Shown one piece after another: positions 8,870-20,409 of a stretch of DNA of 64,000 nt; the first letter of the stretch is position 1, and each line of letters begins with the position of its first letter. Made by a program: the position numbers and the translations under genes. Under the pieces are notes generated by a model, which was given only the letters and a program-made list of their open reading frames with translations, searched no databases and was not told the origin of the DNA. The stretch comes from an uncultured Treponema sp. (lineage in GTDB: Bacteria; Spirochaetota; Spirochaetia; Treponematales; Treponemataceae): contig CAZIQK010000003.1 of assembly GCA_964541735.1 (NCBI GenBank), positions 5,484-69,483 of the forward strand, in the 5' to 3' direction.

Positions 8870-10255
8870 TTATTCAATCTGTAGAAAAGCTTTTAAACCA
8901 TTATAAATCTGTTTTATATCTTCTTTACTTGTAATTTCCCAAGGAGCATGCATACTTAAAACAGCAACACCTGCATCCAAAACATTCATTCCATACTTTG
9001 CCGCATGATATGCAATTGTTCCTCCGCCACCCTGATCAACTTTTCCAAGTTCTGTCATTTGGTAAGAAACATTTGCATCATCCATTGTTTTTCTAATTTT
9101 TGCAATAAATTCAGGATTTGCATCGCTTGCACCAGATTTTCCACGACTTCCCGTATATTTTTGAAAAGCGATTCCTCCACCAAGCAAACTTGCATTTTCT
9201 TTATCAAAAAGATTTGCATTCATTGGATCGTAAGCGGCATTTACATCGCTAGAAAGCATATTTGAATTTGCCAAAGCTCTTCTAAGAATTAATTCACTAT
9301 ACTGAGGTTCTGTTTTTGCAATAATCTCGCTAACCATATTTTCAAAAAGATTACTTGCCATTCCAGTTGCACCAACGCTTCCAATTTCCTCTTTATCAAC
9401 ACAAAGGCAACAAGTTGTTCTGTTTTTTGCATTTGTATCTAACATTGCTTGCATTGAAGTATAAGCACAAGATTTATCATCTTGACCATAAGCCAAAATC
9501 AAGGAACGATCTAATCCTAAATCTCGAGCTTTTCCACTTGGAACAATTTCTAATTCTGCAGAGATAAAATCATCTTCTTCAATATCATATTTTTCTTTAA
9601 GTAACTTTAAGACTGCTTTTTTTGCTGCATCTTTGCATTTCTTTTCATCTTTTGAATCTTTGTTTTGAGATAGATTTGTACTTCCAACAATCAAATCTAA
9701 ATCTTCACCTTTGATAAAATCACTTGCTTTATCTTTCATCTGTTCTTGTGCAAGATGCGGAAGAATATCAGAAATACAAAAAACAGGATCGTTTTCTTCT
9801 TCGCCAATTACAATTTTTACAGTTGAACCATCTTTTTTACATACAACTCCGTGAATTGCCAAAGGTAAAGTCGTCCATTGATATTTTTTTATTCCGCCAT
9901 AATAATGAGTATTTAAATAGACGATTGAATCTTTTTCATAGAGAGGATTCTGTTTTGCATCCAAACGAGGTGAATCAATATGTGCTCCAAGAATATTCAT
10001 TCCGTTTTCAATTTTATCTTTTCCAATTTCAAAAAGAGCAACAGCTTTATTCATTTTTGTGATATAAACTTTATCGCCAGTTTTTAGTTTTTCAAACTCA
10101 TCAATAGATTTATACCCTTTAGCTTTTGCGGCTTTAACAATTTGAGAAACACATTCTCGCTCAGTTTTGCCATTGTTTAAAAATTCTTTGTAGCCATTTA
10201 TTAACTCATCACTCATCATAAAATCCTTATTTTCTAGAGGTTTTGATAACCTCAC
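8870..10255 (-). CDS. M18-family aminopeptidase
   Basis: 461 aa. GAHIDSPRLD and VDKEEIGS metal-ligand motifs are characteristic of M18/M42-type aminopeptidases. Confidence 0.75.
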   Translation of the reverse strand: MRLSKPLENKDFMMSDELINGYKEFLNNGKTERECVSQIVKAAKAKGYKSIDEFEKLKTGDKVYITKMNKAVALFEIGKDKIENGMNILGAHIDSPRLDAKQNPLYEKDSIVYLNTHYYGGIKKYQWTTLPLAIHGVVCKKDGSTVKIVIGEEENDPVFCISDILPHLAQEQMKDKASDFIKGEDLDLIVGSTNLSQNKDSKDEKKCKDAAKKAVLKLLKEKYDIEEDDFISAELEIVPSGKARDLGLDRSLILAYGQDDKSCAYTSMQAMLDTNAKNRTTCCLCVDKEEIGSVGATGMASNLFENMVSEIIAKTEPQYSELILRRALANSNMLSSDVNAAYDPMNANLFDKENASLLGGGIAFQKYTGSRGKSGASDANPEFIAKIRKTMDDANVSYQMTELGKVDQGGGGTIAYHAAKYGMNVLDAGVAVLSMHAPWEITSKEDIKQIYNGLKAFLQIE

Positions 10256-10282
10256 CCATCAATTTCTTTAATAAATTTATTT

Positions 10283-11122
10283 TTATGCAACGTATGATTC
10301 AAGACGTCTTGCTCGTGTTGGATGTTGAAGTCTTACTAAAGCATGTTTTTCAATTTGACGAATTCTTTCTTTTGTAAGATTGCAAGTTTCGCCGACTTCT
10401 TTCAAAGACATTGGTTTTACACCATTTAGACCATAACGCATTCGAATAACTTTTTCTTCATTTGGTCGTAAAGTTTTTAAAACTTTATCAATATCTTTGC
10501 TCATTGCTTGATTGATTGCACTTTCTTCTGGACGAGAATAAAGTGTATCTTCCTGGAAATCACCAAAACTTGTATGACTGTTATCACTATTGTTCACTTC
10601 AGCGTCAAGACTTACCATTTCTTTGCTGATATTTACCATATCGCGAACATGAGATGGAGTCATATTCAACATTTTTGCAATTTCTTCAAATTCTTGTTGT
10701 TCAGATTTTTTATTTCCAACAACTTTTTTAGCATGTTCAATTTGAACCAACTCATTTGCACGATTAAGTGGTAAACGAATTGCACGGCTCTTTTCGCAGA
10801 TTGCTTTTAAAATACTTTGTCGAATCCACCAAACTGCATAAGAAATAAAGTGATAACCTTTTGAAACATCAAATTTTTCTACCGCAGTTAAAAGACCTAA
10901 ATTTCCTTCGCTTATTAAATCAATTAAATCAAGCCCATGATTTTGATATTTTTTCGAAACATTTACTACAAATCGTAAATTTGATTTTACTAATTTATTT
11001 TTTGCTTGCTCATCACCTTTTTGAGCTTTTTTTGCTAACTCAACTTCTTCTTCATGTGTCAAAAGTGGAATATTTTTAATGTCTTTTAAGTATAGGGCTA
11101 AAACTTCATCATCGTGTTTCAT
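10283..11122 (-). CDS. sigma-70 family RNA polymerase sigma factor (group 2/RpoS-like size)
   Basis: 279 aa. Region 2 (NLRFVVNVSKKY, LISEGNLGLLTAVEKFD, ISYAVWWIRQ) and region 4 (LKEVGETCNLTKERIRQIE). Confidence 0.85.
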   Translation of the reverse strand: MKHDDEVLALYLKDIKNIPLLTHEEEVELAKKAQKGDEQAKNKLVKSNLRFVVNVSKKYQNHGLDLIDLISEGNLGLLTAVEKFDVSKGYHFISYAVWWIRQSILKAICEKSRAIRLPLNRANELVQIEHAKKVVGNKKSEQQEFEEIAKMLNMTPSHVRDMVNISKEMVSLDAEVNNSDNSHTSFGDFQEDTLYSRPEESAINQAMSKDIDKVLKTLRPNEEKVIRMRYGLNGVKPMSLKEVGETCNLTKERIRQIEKHALVRLQHPTRARRLESYVA

Positions 11123-11735
11123 AATTGACCTCTTTATTTCTTTAAAGTATTCACTTAATATATAGCAATTTCCGTGCCAACTTTTAGATTTTTAGTAAAA
11201 TTCTTTAAAAATAATAAAAAATTATATCTTTTTAGAAAAATTTTACTCAAATTTGCGTAAACAATTCGCATTATTACGCATCTTGCTCGTCGTCAGACAA
11301 ATAATACAATAATCTTTTTTCTATGCTAAAAAAAAGTGCCACTTTAATAAATTTTCTTTTAAAAGGCAACAAAAATCGTAATTTTTATGAGAAATTTTGA
11401 CACATTCAGTTTTTTTATGCTTTTTAGTGTGTAATTTTGACACAATTTACTCTCATCAAGGAAAAATTTATAACACGGATTCGATTTCGCTAACAGAAAT
11501 CACTAAAATTTATCTGCGTAAATTTGCGTGATTCATAAATTTCGGACACATCCACCGACGACGAAGTCGGAACTAAGGTATGCGCGTATAATGTCTAATA
11601 GACGAAGGATTGTATCGAAATTCTTTCATTTGAGGGAAATTAATCTCTAAAAACTAGCGTCATACTGAACTTGTTTCAGGCTCTACACTAAATACAGAGT
11701 TATAGATTCCTAGATTCGCTTTTATAAAACTATAA

Positions 11736-13937
11736 TTACTTTTTTAATGCGGAGAACGCATCTACACGAGAAGACAAAAGTAGATTTCTGTCGCGAGAAA
11801 TATCTGCAATTTTAAAAACAAGATCGCCAGATTGCAATGTTCCATTTATTTCGCCGGGTCCGCGAGTTTTTAAATCTTGTTCTGCAATATAAAAACCATC
11901 TGTACTTTGGCGAAGAGCTTTCATTCGTTCTATTCCGGTTTCAGAAATATTTTTGCTATAAATCATAAAACAATAAGATTGCAAATCACTTCGTCCAACA
12001 CGCCCACGAAGTTGATGAAGTTGAGCCATTCCAAAATAATCTGCTTGTTCAATTACCATGCAAGTTGCATTTGGAACATCAACTCCAACTTCAATCACAG
12101 TTGTTGCAACTAAAATTTGAATTTTATTATCACGAAAATCACGCAAAATGATTGATTGTTGTTCTTCATCAACTTTTGAATGAACTAATCCACATTTATA
12201 CTGTGGAAATATTTTTTTTGATAAAAACTCAAAATTTTTCTCTGCAGATTTAAAATTTCGCCCGGAATCGCCACTGTTATCAAATAAAGAATTTTCTGAA
12301 TCTATTGCAGGATAAACAAAATAACATTGATGACCTTTTTCAAGTTCTTTTCGTACCGCTTCGTAGGCATTTATTTCGTTTCCTTCTTTTACAAGATATG
12401 TGATTATAGGCTTTCGTCCTTTTGGCATAGTTTTTATTGTAGAAACATCTAAATCACCAAAAATTGTAAGTGCTAAAGTTTGCGGAATTGGAGTTGCACT
12501 CATCATTAAAAGATGAGGTTCAAAAGTAAGTCCATTTTCCGACTGTCGCCCTTTTTCAATAATTGCTTGTCGTTGCAAAACTCCAAAACGATGTTGTTCA
12601 TCAATCACTACAAGTTGCAAATCTTTATAAACAACTTGCGAAGAAAACAAAGCGTGAGTTCCAATCACAATATCTATTTCGCCATCTCTTAAAGCTTTTA
12701 AAAGTTGAACTCTTCCGGTTGATTTTACATTTCCACTCAAAAATGCAACACGAATTCCTAAAAAATCCAAAAGACGACTAGCATTTTGAGCATGTTGCTT
12801 TGCAAGAAGTTCCGTTGGAGCCATAAGAGCACATTGCCCTTTCCAATTTATAATTCTTAAACAAGCAAAGAGCGAAACTAACGTTTTTCCAGAACCGACA
12901 TCGCCTTGTAAAAGACGTGCCATACTAAAAGCCGTTTTTTTGGGAAGAGGAATTCCTCTATCTGCTTGATTTAAAAGTCTTGCTCTTTCTTCGTAACCGC
13001 GGTCAATATCTAAATCCATTTGATGAATAACTTTTTTTTGGTCAAAAGTTAAATCATAAGGCAACTTTTCAAGAAACTGTTTTTGCAATGGAGAAAGTGA
13101 ATTAAAAAAATCATCTTCATTAAAATGTGCCTCTGATTGATTTTCTTCATCAATAAAACTTCCATCAGAGTTTAATTTTATTTCGCTCGGCAAAGAACCT
13201 TTATGTTTTAATGCTCGCAGAGCAATCACAGTTTGAAAATGATATAATTCTTCATAAGAAAGTGTTGTTCTTGCGTCTAAAGCTTCTTGTAAAGTTTTAG
13301 GATGATGAATTTGAATTAACGCCTGCTTTTTAGAAATCAAATTTCGTTTTTGCATAATTTCGCTAGGAATTTCATCTTCAATTCCGTATGCATATTGTTG
13401 CAATGCCGAAGAAATTGCCTTAGAAAGCGTTTTTTGAGTAAGACCTTCTGTTAAAGAATAAATTGGAACAATTCCTGTATTCAAAGGATTTAGTTTTTGA
13501 AAATTTTGTATTTGGTCGTCAGAAAGATTATTCATTTTTTGAATTTCAAAAGATGAACTCTGCAACATGTTATATTTTACATAAAATTTTCCGGTTACAG
13601 TGATTATAGTTCCCGGAGTTAAAACTTTCTCTAAAAAAGCACGATTAAAACACAAAAGTTCAGCAGTTTGAGTTGAATCAGAAATTATAACTTTTAAAGT
13701 CCGCATTTTTCCATAACCAAACCATTCTTGAGACAAAACTTGTGCAACTGTATGAATTTTTGAATTTTGATTATAATTTTTTAGAGGATTTTTTTTAGTA
13801 AGATCTTCATAATCGCGCGGATAATATTGTAACAAATCTCCAACAGTAAAAACATTTATTTTTGAGAGAATTTTTGTAAGTTGAGGACCAACGCCCGTAA
13901 TTGAACTTACAGGCATTTTTATATCACTGACTTTCAT
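11736..13937 (-). CDS. recG: ATP-dependent DNA helicase RecG
   Basis: 733 aa. Wedge-domain N-terminus, Walker A GDVGSGKT, DEQH box VVIDEQHRFG, QLHQLRGRVGR. Confidence 0.9.
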   Translation of the reverse strand: MKVSDIKMPVSSITGVGPQLTKILSKINVFTVGDLLQYYPRDYEDLTKKNPLKNYNQNSKIHTVAQVLSQEWFGYGKMRTLKVIISDSTQTAELLCFNRAFLEKVLTPGTIITVTGKFYVKYNMLQSSSFEIQKMNNLSDDQIQNFQKLNPLNTGIVPIYSLTEGLTQKTLSKAISSALQQYAYGIEDEIPSEIMQKRNLISKKQALIQIHHPKTLQEALDARTTLSYEELYHFQTVIALRALKHKGSLPSEIKLNSDGSFIDEENQSEAHFNEDDFFNSLSPLQKQFLEKLPYDLTFDQKKVIHQMDLDIDRGYEERARLLNQADRGIPLPKKTAFSMARLLQGDVGSGKTLVSLFACLRIINWKGQCALMAPTELLAKQHAQNASRLLDFLGIRVAFLSGNVKSTGRVQLLKALRDGEIDIVIGTHALFSSQVVYKDLQLVVIDEQHRFGVLQRQAIIEKGRQSENGLTFEPHLLMMSATPIPQTLALTIFGDLDVSTIKTMPKGRKPIITYLVKEGNEINAYEAVRKELEKGHQCYFVYPAIDSENSLFDNSGDSGRNFKSAEKNFEFLSKKIFPQYKCGLVHSKVDEEQQSIILRDFRDNKIQILVATTVIEVGVDVPNATCMVIEQADYFGMAQLHQLRGRVGRSDLQSYCFMIYSKNISETGIERMKALRQSTDGFYIAEQDLKTRGPGEINGTLQSGDLVFKIADISRDRNLLLSSRVDAFSALKK

Positions 13938-13946
13938 TTTTAAATT

Positions 13947-14543
13947 TTAAAACGGAATTTGATAACAAAGTGGAACTAAAAATCCATTTATCAAAATATT
14001 TCCTAAAATTAAAACTACTAAAAAAGTAATCCAAGTGGTAAGAAGCGTTGTTTGATAATTTATTGGCTTTTTTACAAATGTTTTTGCAATTTTGTAAGAA
14101 AATTTATTAATAAACATATCAAGTTGATTCCAAGCGGAATTAAAATCTGTTTGTCCATGATGAGCAAGCAAAACAATCCATCTTACTAAAACGAGCAAAA
14201 ATAAAATTGAAATTAACGAATTACAAACGCTCCAAAGCATAGAAATAATCGTTGCAAGAATTCCTCCAAAGAAAACTCTTCCGGTTTGATTAATGCCACT
14301 TAAAATTGAAGATGCAAGCGACAAAACTCCTATAGACAAAATTGGCGAAAAATCAAAGTTTCCAAGACGGAGCCAGCCGCGTTTACCAAAAAAATCCAAG
14401 TAGGGGTCGCAAATTGTTGAAATAAATTTGCCAAAGGAAGTAAATTTTGCACCCGGAATCCAAGTCAAAATAATATCAATAAGACACAAAATTGTATAAA
14501 TTGTAATTGCAAAAGATAAAAATCTAAAAATCCAACTAATCAT
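13947..14543 (-). CDS. YggT-family integral membrane protein
   Basis: 198 aa, multiple TM helices. ICDPYLDFFGK...FDFSPIL pattern of YggT repeats. Confidence 0.6.
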   Translation of the reverse strand: MISWIFRFLSFAITIYTILCLIDIILTWIPGAKFTSFGKFISTICDPYLDFFGKRGWLRLGNFDFSPILSIGVLSLASSILSGINQTGRVFFGGILATIISMLWSVCNSLISILFLLVLVRWIVLLAHHGQTDFNSAWNQLDMFINKFSYKIAKTFVKKPINYQTTLLTTWITFLVVLILGNILINGFLVPLCYQIPF

Positions 14544-14559
14544 TCTAATTCCTTATAAA

Positions 14560-17500
14560 TTATTCTGTCCAAACTTCTTTTACTAAATCAACATCTTTTA
14601 AGTCTTTTAAAACTTCTGGTGTTGCAGAAATTGAAATTTGGCTATTTGATTTTACTACGAAAGGAAAATTTCCTACGCTTATATGAAAATATACTGAACA
14701 ATTACCCGGTTTGCCAAATAAAAAATCTTTTAATTTCAAAAGAGATTCTTGGGTTTTAAAATCCGATTCAAGCATTATGTGAACAGATTGAACAGAATGA
14801 TTTTCTAAATCTTTTGCATTTTCTATAGACTCAACTTGCAATGATGGAGAATCTCTGCCACTATCAACGCGACCTTTTAGTGCATAAACGCCACCTTCAA
14901 CAATTTGAGATTTTAAGATTTGCCATATTTTTGGGAAAAATGTTAAATCAAACTGCCCTTCCGTATCACTTAATTTTGCAAAAGCCATAAAATCGCCTTT
15001 TTTTGTGCGAATTTCGTGAATTGAATTTACAGTTCCTAATGCGGTATAAAGTTTTCCTGCATTGCGGATTTCATAATATTTTGCCCCGCTTGCTTCCATA
15101 GATTTTTTCATTGTACTTTCTTCAGCAGCAATTCTTTGTATATTTCCAGATTTTACGGTTACCGCTCGCTCAATAGCTTTTCTATAATCATCTAAAGGAT
15201 GTCCACTTACATAACAACCGATGCATTCTTTTTCCATATTCAAAAGTTCCATTTTTGGAACATCATCAAGAATTTTAAACTGATAATCGGTGGGATTTGA
15301 ATCTTCATCGTCTAACGCACCAAACAAATCACCTTGCCCAAGCTTTTCTTCTTCGACGATTTTTGCTACATACCCCATAACAGCTTCCATATTTGCAAGA
15401 AGAGTCGGACGATTCAATGTGACTCCGTTTTTTTCTTTAAGGTTATCAAATGCACCTGTTTTTATTAAAACTTCTATTGCTTTTTTATTTATGATTGTTT
15501 TTTCGCGTCCATCATCGTCTTTTTCAGAAAGAGAGCCAATTCTTAACATAAAATCCATAAATGATTTATAAGGACCATTTTCTTCTCGTTCTTTTACAAT
15601 CGCTTGAGAAGCTGCATCTCCCATTCCTTTTATGCCTTTTAATCCAAAAACAATTCGTCCATCAACAACATCAAAAATTGTGTCAGAACGATTTACGTCT
15701 GGAGGATCGACAGGAATTCCCATAGAACGAGCTTCTTCAATATACTCTGGAAGTTTATCTGTAGAAGTGATTTCGTTTGTTAAGTTCGCTGCCATAAATT
15801 CGGCAGGATAATGAGTTTTTAGCCAACCAGTTCTGTAAGCTAAAACAGAATATGCAGCCGCATGAGATTTATTAAATCCGTAACCGGCAAATGGAACCAT
15901 AATTTCAAAAATATCATCTGCATGCTTTTCTGTAAAACCTTGTTTTACGGCACCCTCTATAAATTCCTTTTTTTTACCCATAAGAACTTCTGGCTTTTTC
16001 TTTCCCATCGCACGGCGAAGCATATCGGCAGCACCAAGCGAAAATCCTGCGATTTTTTGGGAAACTTGCATTACTTGTTCCTGATAAACCATAACGCCAT
16101 AAGTTTCTTTTAAGATTCCTTCCAAACACGGATCTGGATAATGAATTGTTTCTGGTTTCCATTTTCCTTCGATATATTGAGGAATATAATCCATTGGACC
16201 TGGACGATACAACGCATTCAACGCAACAAGTTCTTCCAAACGACGAGGTTGTGCATCTCGTAAGATTTTTTGCATTCCAGGAGATTCAAACTGAAAAATT
16301 GCAACAGAATCACCTTTACAGAATAAATCAAAAGTTTGTTCATCAGTTTCTGAAACATCTTCACAATGAAATTCTGGTTCACCTGTTTTTTTATGTTTAT
16401 TTATAATATTTTCTGCATAACGAATTAAAGAAAGCGTTTTTAATCCTAAATAGTCAAATTTTACAAGTCCGCATGGTTCAATAATATCCATTGTGTATTG
16501 AACAGCAACTTCACCAGTTTTAGCATCTTTAAAAACAGGAGCCCAATTTGGAAGTTTTGTTAAACCGATAACCATTCCAGAAGCGTGAAGTCCTGTATTT
16601 CTTTTTACACCTTCAAGTTTAAATGCAAGTTCAAAAAGTTCTTTATATCGAGGATCATCTTTATACGGAATTAACTGTCCACCATCAGGAAATTTTTCTG
16701 TCGGTTCAGAAAATGCATCTTTTAATTTTGCTTTTGGACTATCAGGAATGCATTTTTTTAACATATTAACTTCAGAAAGAGGAATTCCCAAAACGCGTCC
16801 AACATCAGCAATACAGTTTTTTGGTTTTAAAGTTCCAAAAGTTACAATATGACCAACGTTATCATCTCCATACAAATCTCGCGTATGCTGGATGATTTCT
16901 TGCCTAAAATCGAAATCCATATCAACGTCGAAATCTGGCATAGAAACACGTTCAGGGTTTAAAAATCGTTCAAAAATTAAATTAAATCTAAAAGGGTCAA
17001 TATCAGTGATTGTCATTGCATACGCAACTAACGACCCAGCTCCAGAACCTCGCCCCGGACCAATCGGAATATAATGTTTTTTACATTTGTGAACCGGATC
17101 ATACAGCGATTTTGCCCAATTTATAAATTCCCAAACAATTAAAAAATATCCAGAAAATCCCATCGAAAAAATTGTATTCATTTCGTAGTCTGCCCGTTTT
17201 CGAATTTCCGGAGTGATTTCCTTATAACGTTTTTTCAAACCTTCTTCTACAATATATTTTACATAATCATTTTGGTTTGCTTGATAATCATCACCATGCG
17301 TACAAAACTCTTTTGGAAGTTCAAAACGAGGTAAACATTCTTTTAATTGAGGAGTTGTATATTGCTTAATTGTAAGATTGCACATATTGGCAATTTTAAT
17401 TGTATTATCATAAGCTTCTGGACATTGCGGAAAAAGTTGTCGCATTTCGGCTTCGGTTTTAAAATACCAGTTGTCTAAATTTAAATCTCCACTCATTTTT

Positions 17501-18288
17501 TGATGTTTTTCGTGCAGAAGATTTTTAAATCCAATACAACGCAATGCATCTTGAGCTTTTGCATCTTCTTTTTCTACATAATGAATATCGTTCGTAACAA
17601 CTAGAGGAATATCTAATTTGTGAGCTAAATTGATTAATTTTTCGGCAACAATTCTTTGCTCTGGAATTCCATGATCTTGCAATTCAATATAATAATGGTC
17701 TGGGCCAAAAAGATTTTTATATTTTAATGCAAGTTCTTCCGCCTCTTTTTCCATTCCAGCAAGCAAAAGTTGAGGAAGTTCACCTTGAATACACGCAGAA
17801 CAACAAATCAGTCCTTCATGATATTCTTCCAAAAGTTCAAAATCTATACGAGGTTTTCCATAATACAATGCATTTTCATCGCAAAAGGAACGACTTGTAA
17901 GCCAACACATATTTTCGTAGCCTTTTTGATTTTCGCAAAGCAAAATTAAGTGAAAATAATGTGCGTGACGCTCTCCATCTTCGCCTTTGTGACTATAAGG
18001 AACATCATTTTTTTCATAATGACTTCCGTAAGCGACGTAAAATTCTTCTCCAACAATAGGATTTATTCCGTTTACATGGCAAAGTTTTTCAAAGTTTAAA
18101 GCTCCAAACATATTTCCGTGATCGGTTAATGCAAGAGCTGGCATATTTAACTCTTTTGCCTTTGCTACAAGTTTATCTAAAGTTGCACAAGAATCTAAAA
18201 GTGAATAATCTGAGTGAACATGTAAATGCACAAAATTTGCTTTTGGAGTTCCTTCTGGTGCATCGGGAAAAACGTGATAATCTGCCAT
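14560..18288 (-). CDS. dnaE: DNA polymerase III alpha subunit
   Basis: 1242 aa. PHP domain FVHLHVHSDYSLLDS, palm PDFDVDMDF, fingers GYGFNKSHAAAYS. Confidence 0.95.
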   Translation of the reverse strand: MADYHVFPDAPEGTPKANFVHLHVHSDYSLLDSCATLDKLVAKAKELNMPALALTDHGNMFGALNFEKLCHVNGINPIVGEEFYVAYGSHYEKNDVPYSHKGEDGERHAHYFHLILLCENQKGYENMCWLTSRSFCDENALYYGKPRIDFELLEEYHEGLICCSACIQGELPQLLLAGMEKEAEELALKYKNLFGPDHYYIELQDHGIPEQRIVAEKLINLAHKLDIPLVVTNDIHYVEKEDAKAQDALRCIGFKNLLHEKHQKMSGDLNLDNWYFKTEAEMRQLFPQCPEAYDNTIKIANMCNLTIKQYTTPQLKECLPRFELPKEFCTHGDDYQANQNDYVKYIVEEGLKKRYKEITPEIRKRADYEMNTIFSMGFSGYFLIVWEFINWAKSLYDPVHKCKKHYIPIGPGRGSGAGSLVAYAMTITDIDPFRFNLIFERFLNPERVSMPDFDVDMDFDFRQEIIQHTRDLYGDDNVGHIVTFGTLKPKNCIADVGRVLGIPLSEVNMLKKCIPDSPKAKLKDAFSEPTEKFPDGGQLIPYKDDPRYKELFELAFKLEGVKRNTGLHASGMVIGLTKLPNWAPVFKDAKTGEVAVQYTMDIIEPCGLVKFDYLGLKTLSLIRYAENIINKHKKTGEPEFHCEDVSETDEQTFDLFCKGDSVAIFQFESPGMQKILRDAQPRRLEELVALNALYRPGPMDYIPQYIEGKWKPETIHYPDPCLEGILKETYGVMVYQEQVMQVSQKIAGFSLGAADMLRRAMGKKKPEVLMGKKKEFIEGAVKQGFTEKHADDIFEIMVPFAGYGFNKSHAAAYSVLAYRTGWLKTHYPAEFMAANLTNEITSTDKLPEYIEEARSMGIPVDPPDVNRSDTIFDVVDGRIVFGLKGIKGMGDAASQAIVKEREENGPYKSFMDFMLRIGSLSEKDDDGREKTIINKKAIEVLIKTGAFDNLKEKNGVTLNRPTLLANMEAVMGYVAKIVEEEKLGQGDLFGALDDEDSNPTDYQFKILDDVPKMELLNMEKECIGCYVSGHPLDDYRKAIERAVTVKSGNIQRIAAEESTMKKSMEASGAKYYEIRNAGKLYTALGTVNSIHEIRTKKGDFMAFAKLSDTEGQFDLTFFPKIWQILKSQIVEGGVYALKGRVDSGRDSPSLQVESIENAKDLENHSVQSVHIMLESDFKTQESLLKLKDFLFGKPGNCSVYFHISVGNFPFVVKSNSQISISATPEVLKDLKDVDLVKEVWTE

Positions 18289-18312
18289 TTATAAAAACCT
18301 CAAAAAAAAATT

Positions 18313-18382
18313 GTGGAGGCTTCGACAACCTATCTGCCGACCAGCCTGCCGTTTATCAGAGCGGCAAAGACTCAACCTCCAC
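18313..18382. repeat. GC-rich element with terminal inverted repeat gtggagg / cctccac
   Basis: Lies between the dnaE start and the MCP stop. Contains the ccagcctgc motif shared with 34774 and 40447 (rc). Confidence 0.45.
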
Positions 18383-18404
18383 TATGAAATAAACATAATC
18401 TGTA

Positions 18405-20276
18405 TTAAAGTTTAAATTCATCAATCTTACTTTGAACGTTTTCAAGACCTTTTTTTGTAGTTTCTGTCGAAGTTGTTGTAATTGTTACAGCATCATTAAT
18501 TTGTTGTGAGTAAGATGAAATTTCAGACATACTATCAGTGATGCTTCGCGTGATTTCTTGAAGTCTTTGCATTTCTTTTACAATTTGTTCTCCACCGGAA
18601 AGCATTTCTTCTGAACCATTTTTTACAGATTCTGTAGAATCATTAATGCCTTTCATTGCTTCAAGAATTTGCTTATTTCCAACATTTTGCTCGTCCATCG
18701 CACTAGCAATAACACTTTCCTGACTTTTTACTTTTTGAGTTAAATCAAAAATTGTAGAGAATGCATCTTGGACAAGTCTTATTTCTGTTGTGATATTAGT
18801 AATTGCTTCAGACAAAGATTTTAAGTTTGCATCAATTTGTTTACTTTGTGATGTTGATTGTTCGGCAAGTTTTCGAATTTCTTCTGCAACAACAGCAAAT
18901 CCTTTTCCGGCTTCGCCAGCGTGAGCCGACTCAATTGCAGCATTCATTGCCAAAAGATTTGTTCTAGTTGCAATGTTTGAAATAATTGCCAACGCTTGCA
19001 TAATTCCTTCTGACTGTTGCATAACTCTGTCAGCATCATTTACGGTTTGCGAGATTCGTTTTTGACCTTCATCAGAAGCAACTCCAAGTTTGTTTACAAG
19101 TTCGCTATTTTTATTAAGAATTTGAGTTACACTGGAAATATTTCCAACCATTTGCTCAACAGCTGCAGAAGATTCTGTTACATTTGCTGCTTGACTTTCA
19201 ATTGCTTGGTTCAAACTCTTAATATTTGCCATAATTTGTTCTGCAGAAGCATTTGACTCTTGAACTCCAGCCGCTTGCTCTGACATTTCATCTTTTACAG
19301 TTGTAATTGCTGTAGAAATTTTTCCAACATTCTCTTTTGTAAAATTCATGTTAGAAACTAAATCACTAGATTGTTTTACAGTTGCATTTGTTGAATTACT
19401 GATATCTTTCAAAATTTCAGACATTTCTGTTTTTAAAAGATTCATATCTTGCATAATTACGCCAAGTTCACTTCGATTAGTTGGTTTTAAATCTTCACTA
19501 ATATAATTTTTATCTTTTAAGTCACTAGCAACTTCACTTATTCCCAAAATACAATGCTTTACATCTGAAACTAAAAGATATTCAACAAAGATAATATAAA
19601 AAATTCCATAAATTGTAATCGGTAGAAGTGTCTTTATCAAATTCACAGTACCTTTATTAAGATTTTCGGGAGTTAAGACTATTGCAAAAAAAGTAAAAAT
19701 TATTCCTAAAATAGCAAATACAACAGTAAGAAGATTTCGTTGTGTAATACTAAGTGATAATTCATCTTTGTTATAAGGAATAAAATAAAACTTTTCTTCC
19801 ATTTGACGAATATGAATTACATAAAAAACAAGAGCAAAATCAAAAACAACGCCCACAGAAAATAGAAAAATTACAGGCGTAGGATTTGTTCCTTGAAGAC
19901 TCGAAAAAGTTGTAATGCCACTTGTTAAAAAATAATTTATAAGAAAAACTTTTAGAACAGCAAAAACATTTGGCATTACAATATTAAACAAGTCAATATA
20001 GTGAAGTTTTTTATTTACCTTTTCTTTAGTGATTTTTCCGCTAACGTAATCTAAACCAATTTTTCTCTCTGTATAGCAAGCAAAAATAATTACAACAATA
20101 ACTAAAACAACAAAAATAATATTTGCTGGATGAAATAAAATCGGTCGATATTCTTCAAATGTAAATATTTTTGAAACAACGCCCAATAAAACATAAAAAA
20201 TAATTGGACTTGCATAAGTTAAAACCAAAGTGATAAAAAAATACCATGGATAAGAAACTTGTTTTTTATCAGCCAT
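18405..20276 (-). CDS. methyl-accepting chemotaxis protein with polytopic membrane N-terminus
   Basis: Signalling hairpin [38 protein letters not shown] place the start at ATG 20276 (GGAG-type RBS 8-11 nt upstream) rather than the track start 20333. Confidence 0.88.
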   Translation of the reverse strand: MADKKQVSYPWYFFITLVLTYASPIIFYVLLGVVSKIFTFEEYRPILFHPANIIFVVLVIVVIIFACYTERKIGLDYVSGKITKEKVNKKLHYIDLFNIVMPNVFAVLKVFLINYFLTSGITTFSSLQGTNPTPVIFLFSVGVVFDFALVFYVIHIRQMEEKFYFIPYNKDELSLSITQRNLLTVVFAILGIIFTFFAIVLTPENLNKGTVNLIKTLLPITIYGIFYIIFVEYLLVSDVKHCILGISEVASDLKDKNYISEDLKPTNRSELGVIMQDMNLLKTEMSEILKDISNSTNATVKQSSDLVSNMNFTKENVGKISTAITTVKDEMSEQAAGVQESNASAEQIMANIKSLNQAIESQAANVTESSAAVEQMVGNISSVTQILNKNSELVNKLGVASDEGQKRISQTVNDADRVMQQSEGIMQALAIISNIATRTNLLAMNAAIESAHAGEAGKGFAVVAEEIRKLAEQSTSQSKQIDANLKSLSEAITNITTEIRLVQDAFSTIFDLTQKVKSQESVIASAMDEQNVGNKQILEAMKGINDSTESVKNGSEEMLSGGEQIVKEMQRLQEITRSITDSMSEISSYSQQINDAVTITTTSTETTKKGLENVQSKIDEFKL

Positions 20277-20409
20277 AACTTTTCTCCTTTTTATAAATGA
20301 AAAACTAAAAATTCTCCTTATATTATTACTCAATTATAACAATATAATTGTAAAATTTATAGTGAGAACCTTATAATAGTTTGTAAATTTATTAAAAATA
20401 ATAAGATTT

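Noticed and set aside
8652-8906. 84-aa ORF spanning the parB 3' end and the GC-rich element
   Set aside because: It overlaps parB out of frame and then reads through the hairpin element. It is open only because the GC-rich element lacks stops.
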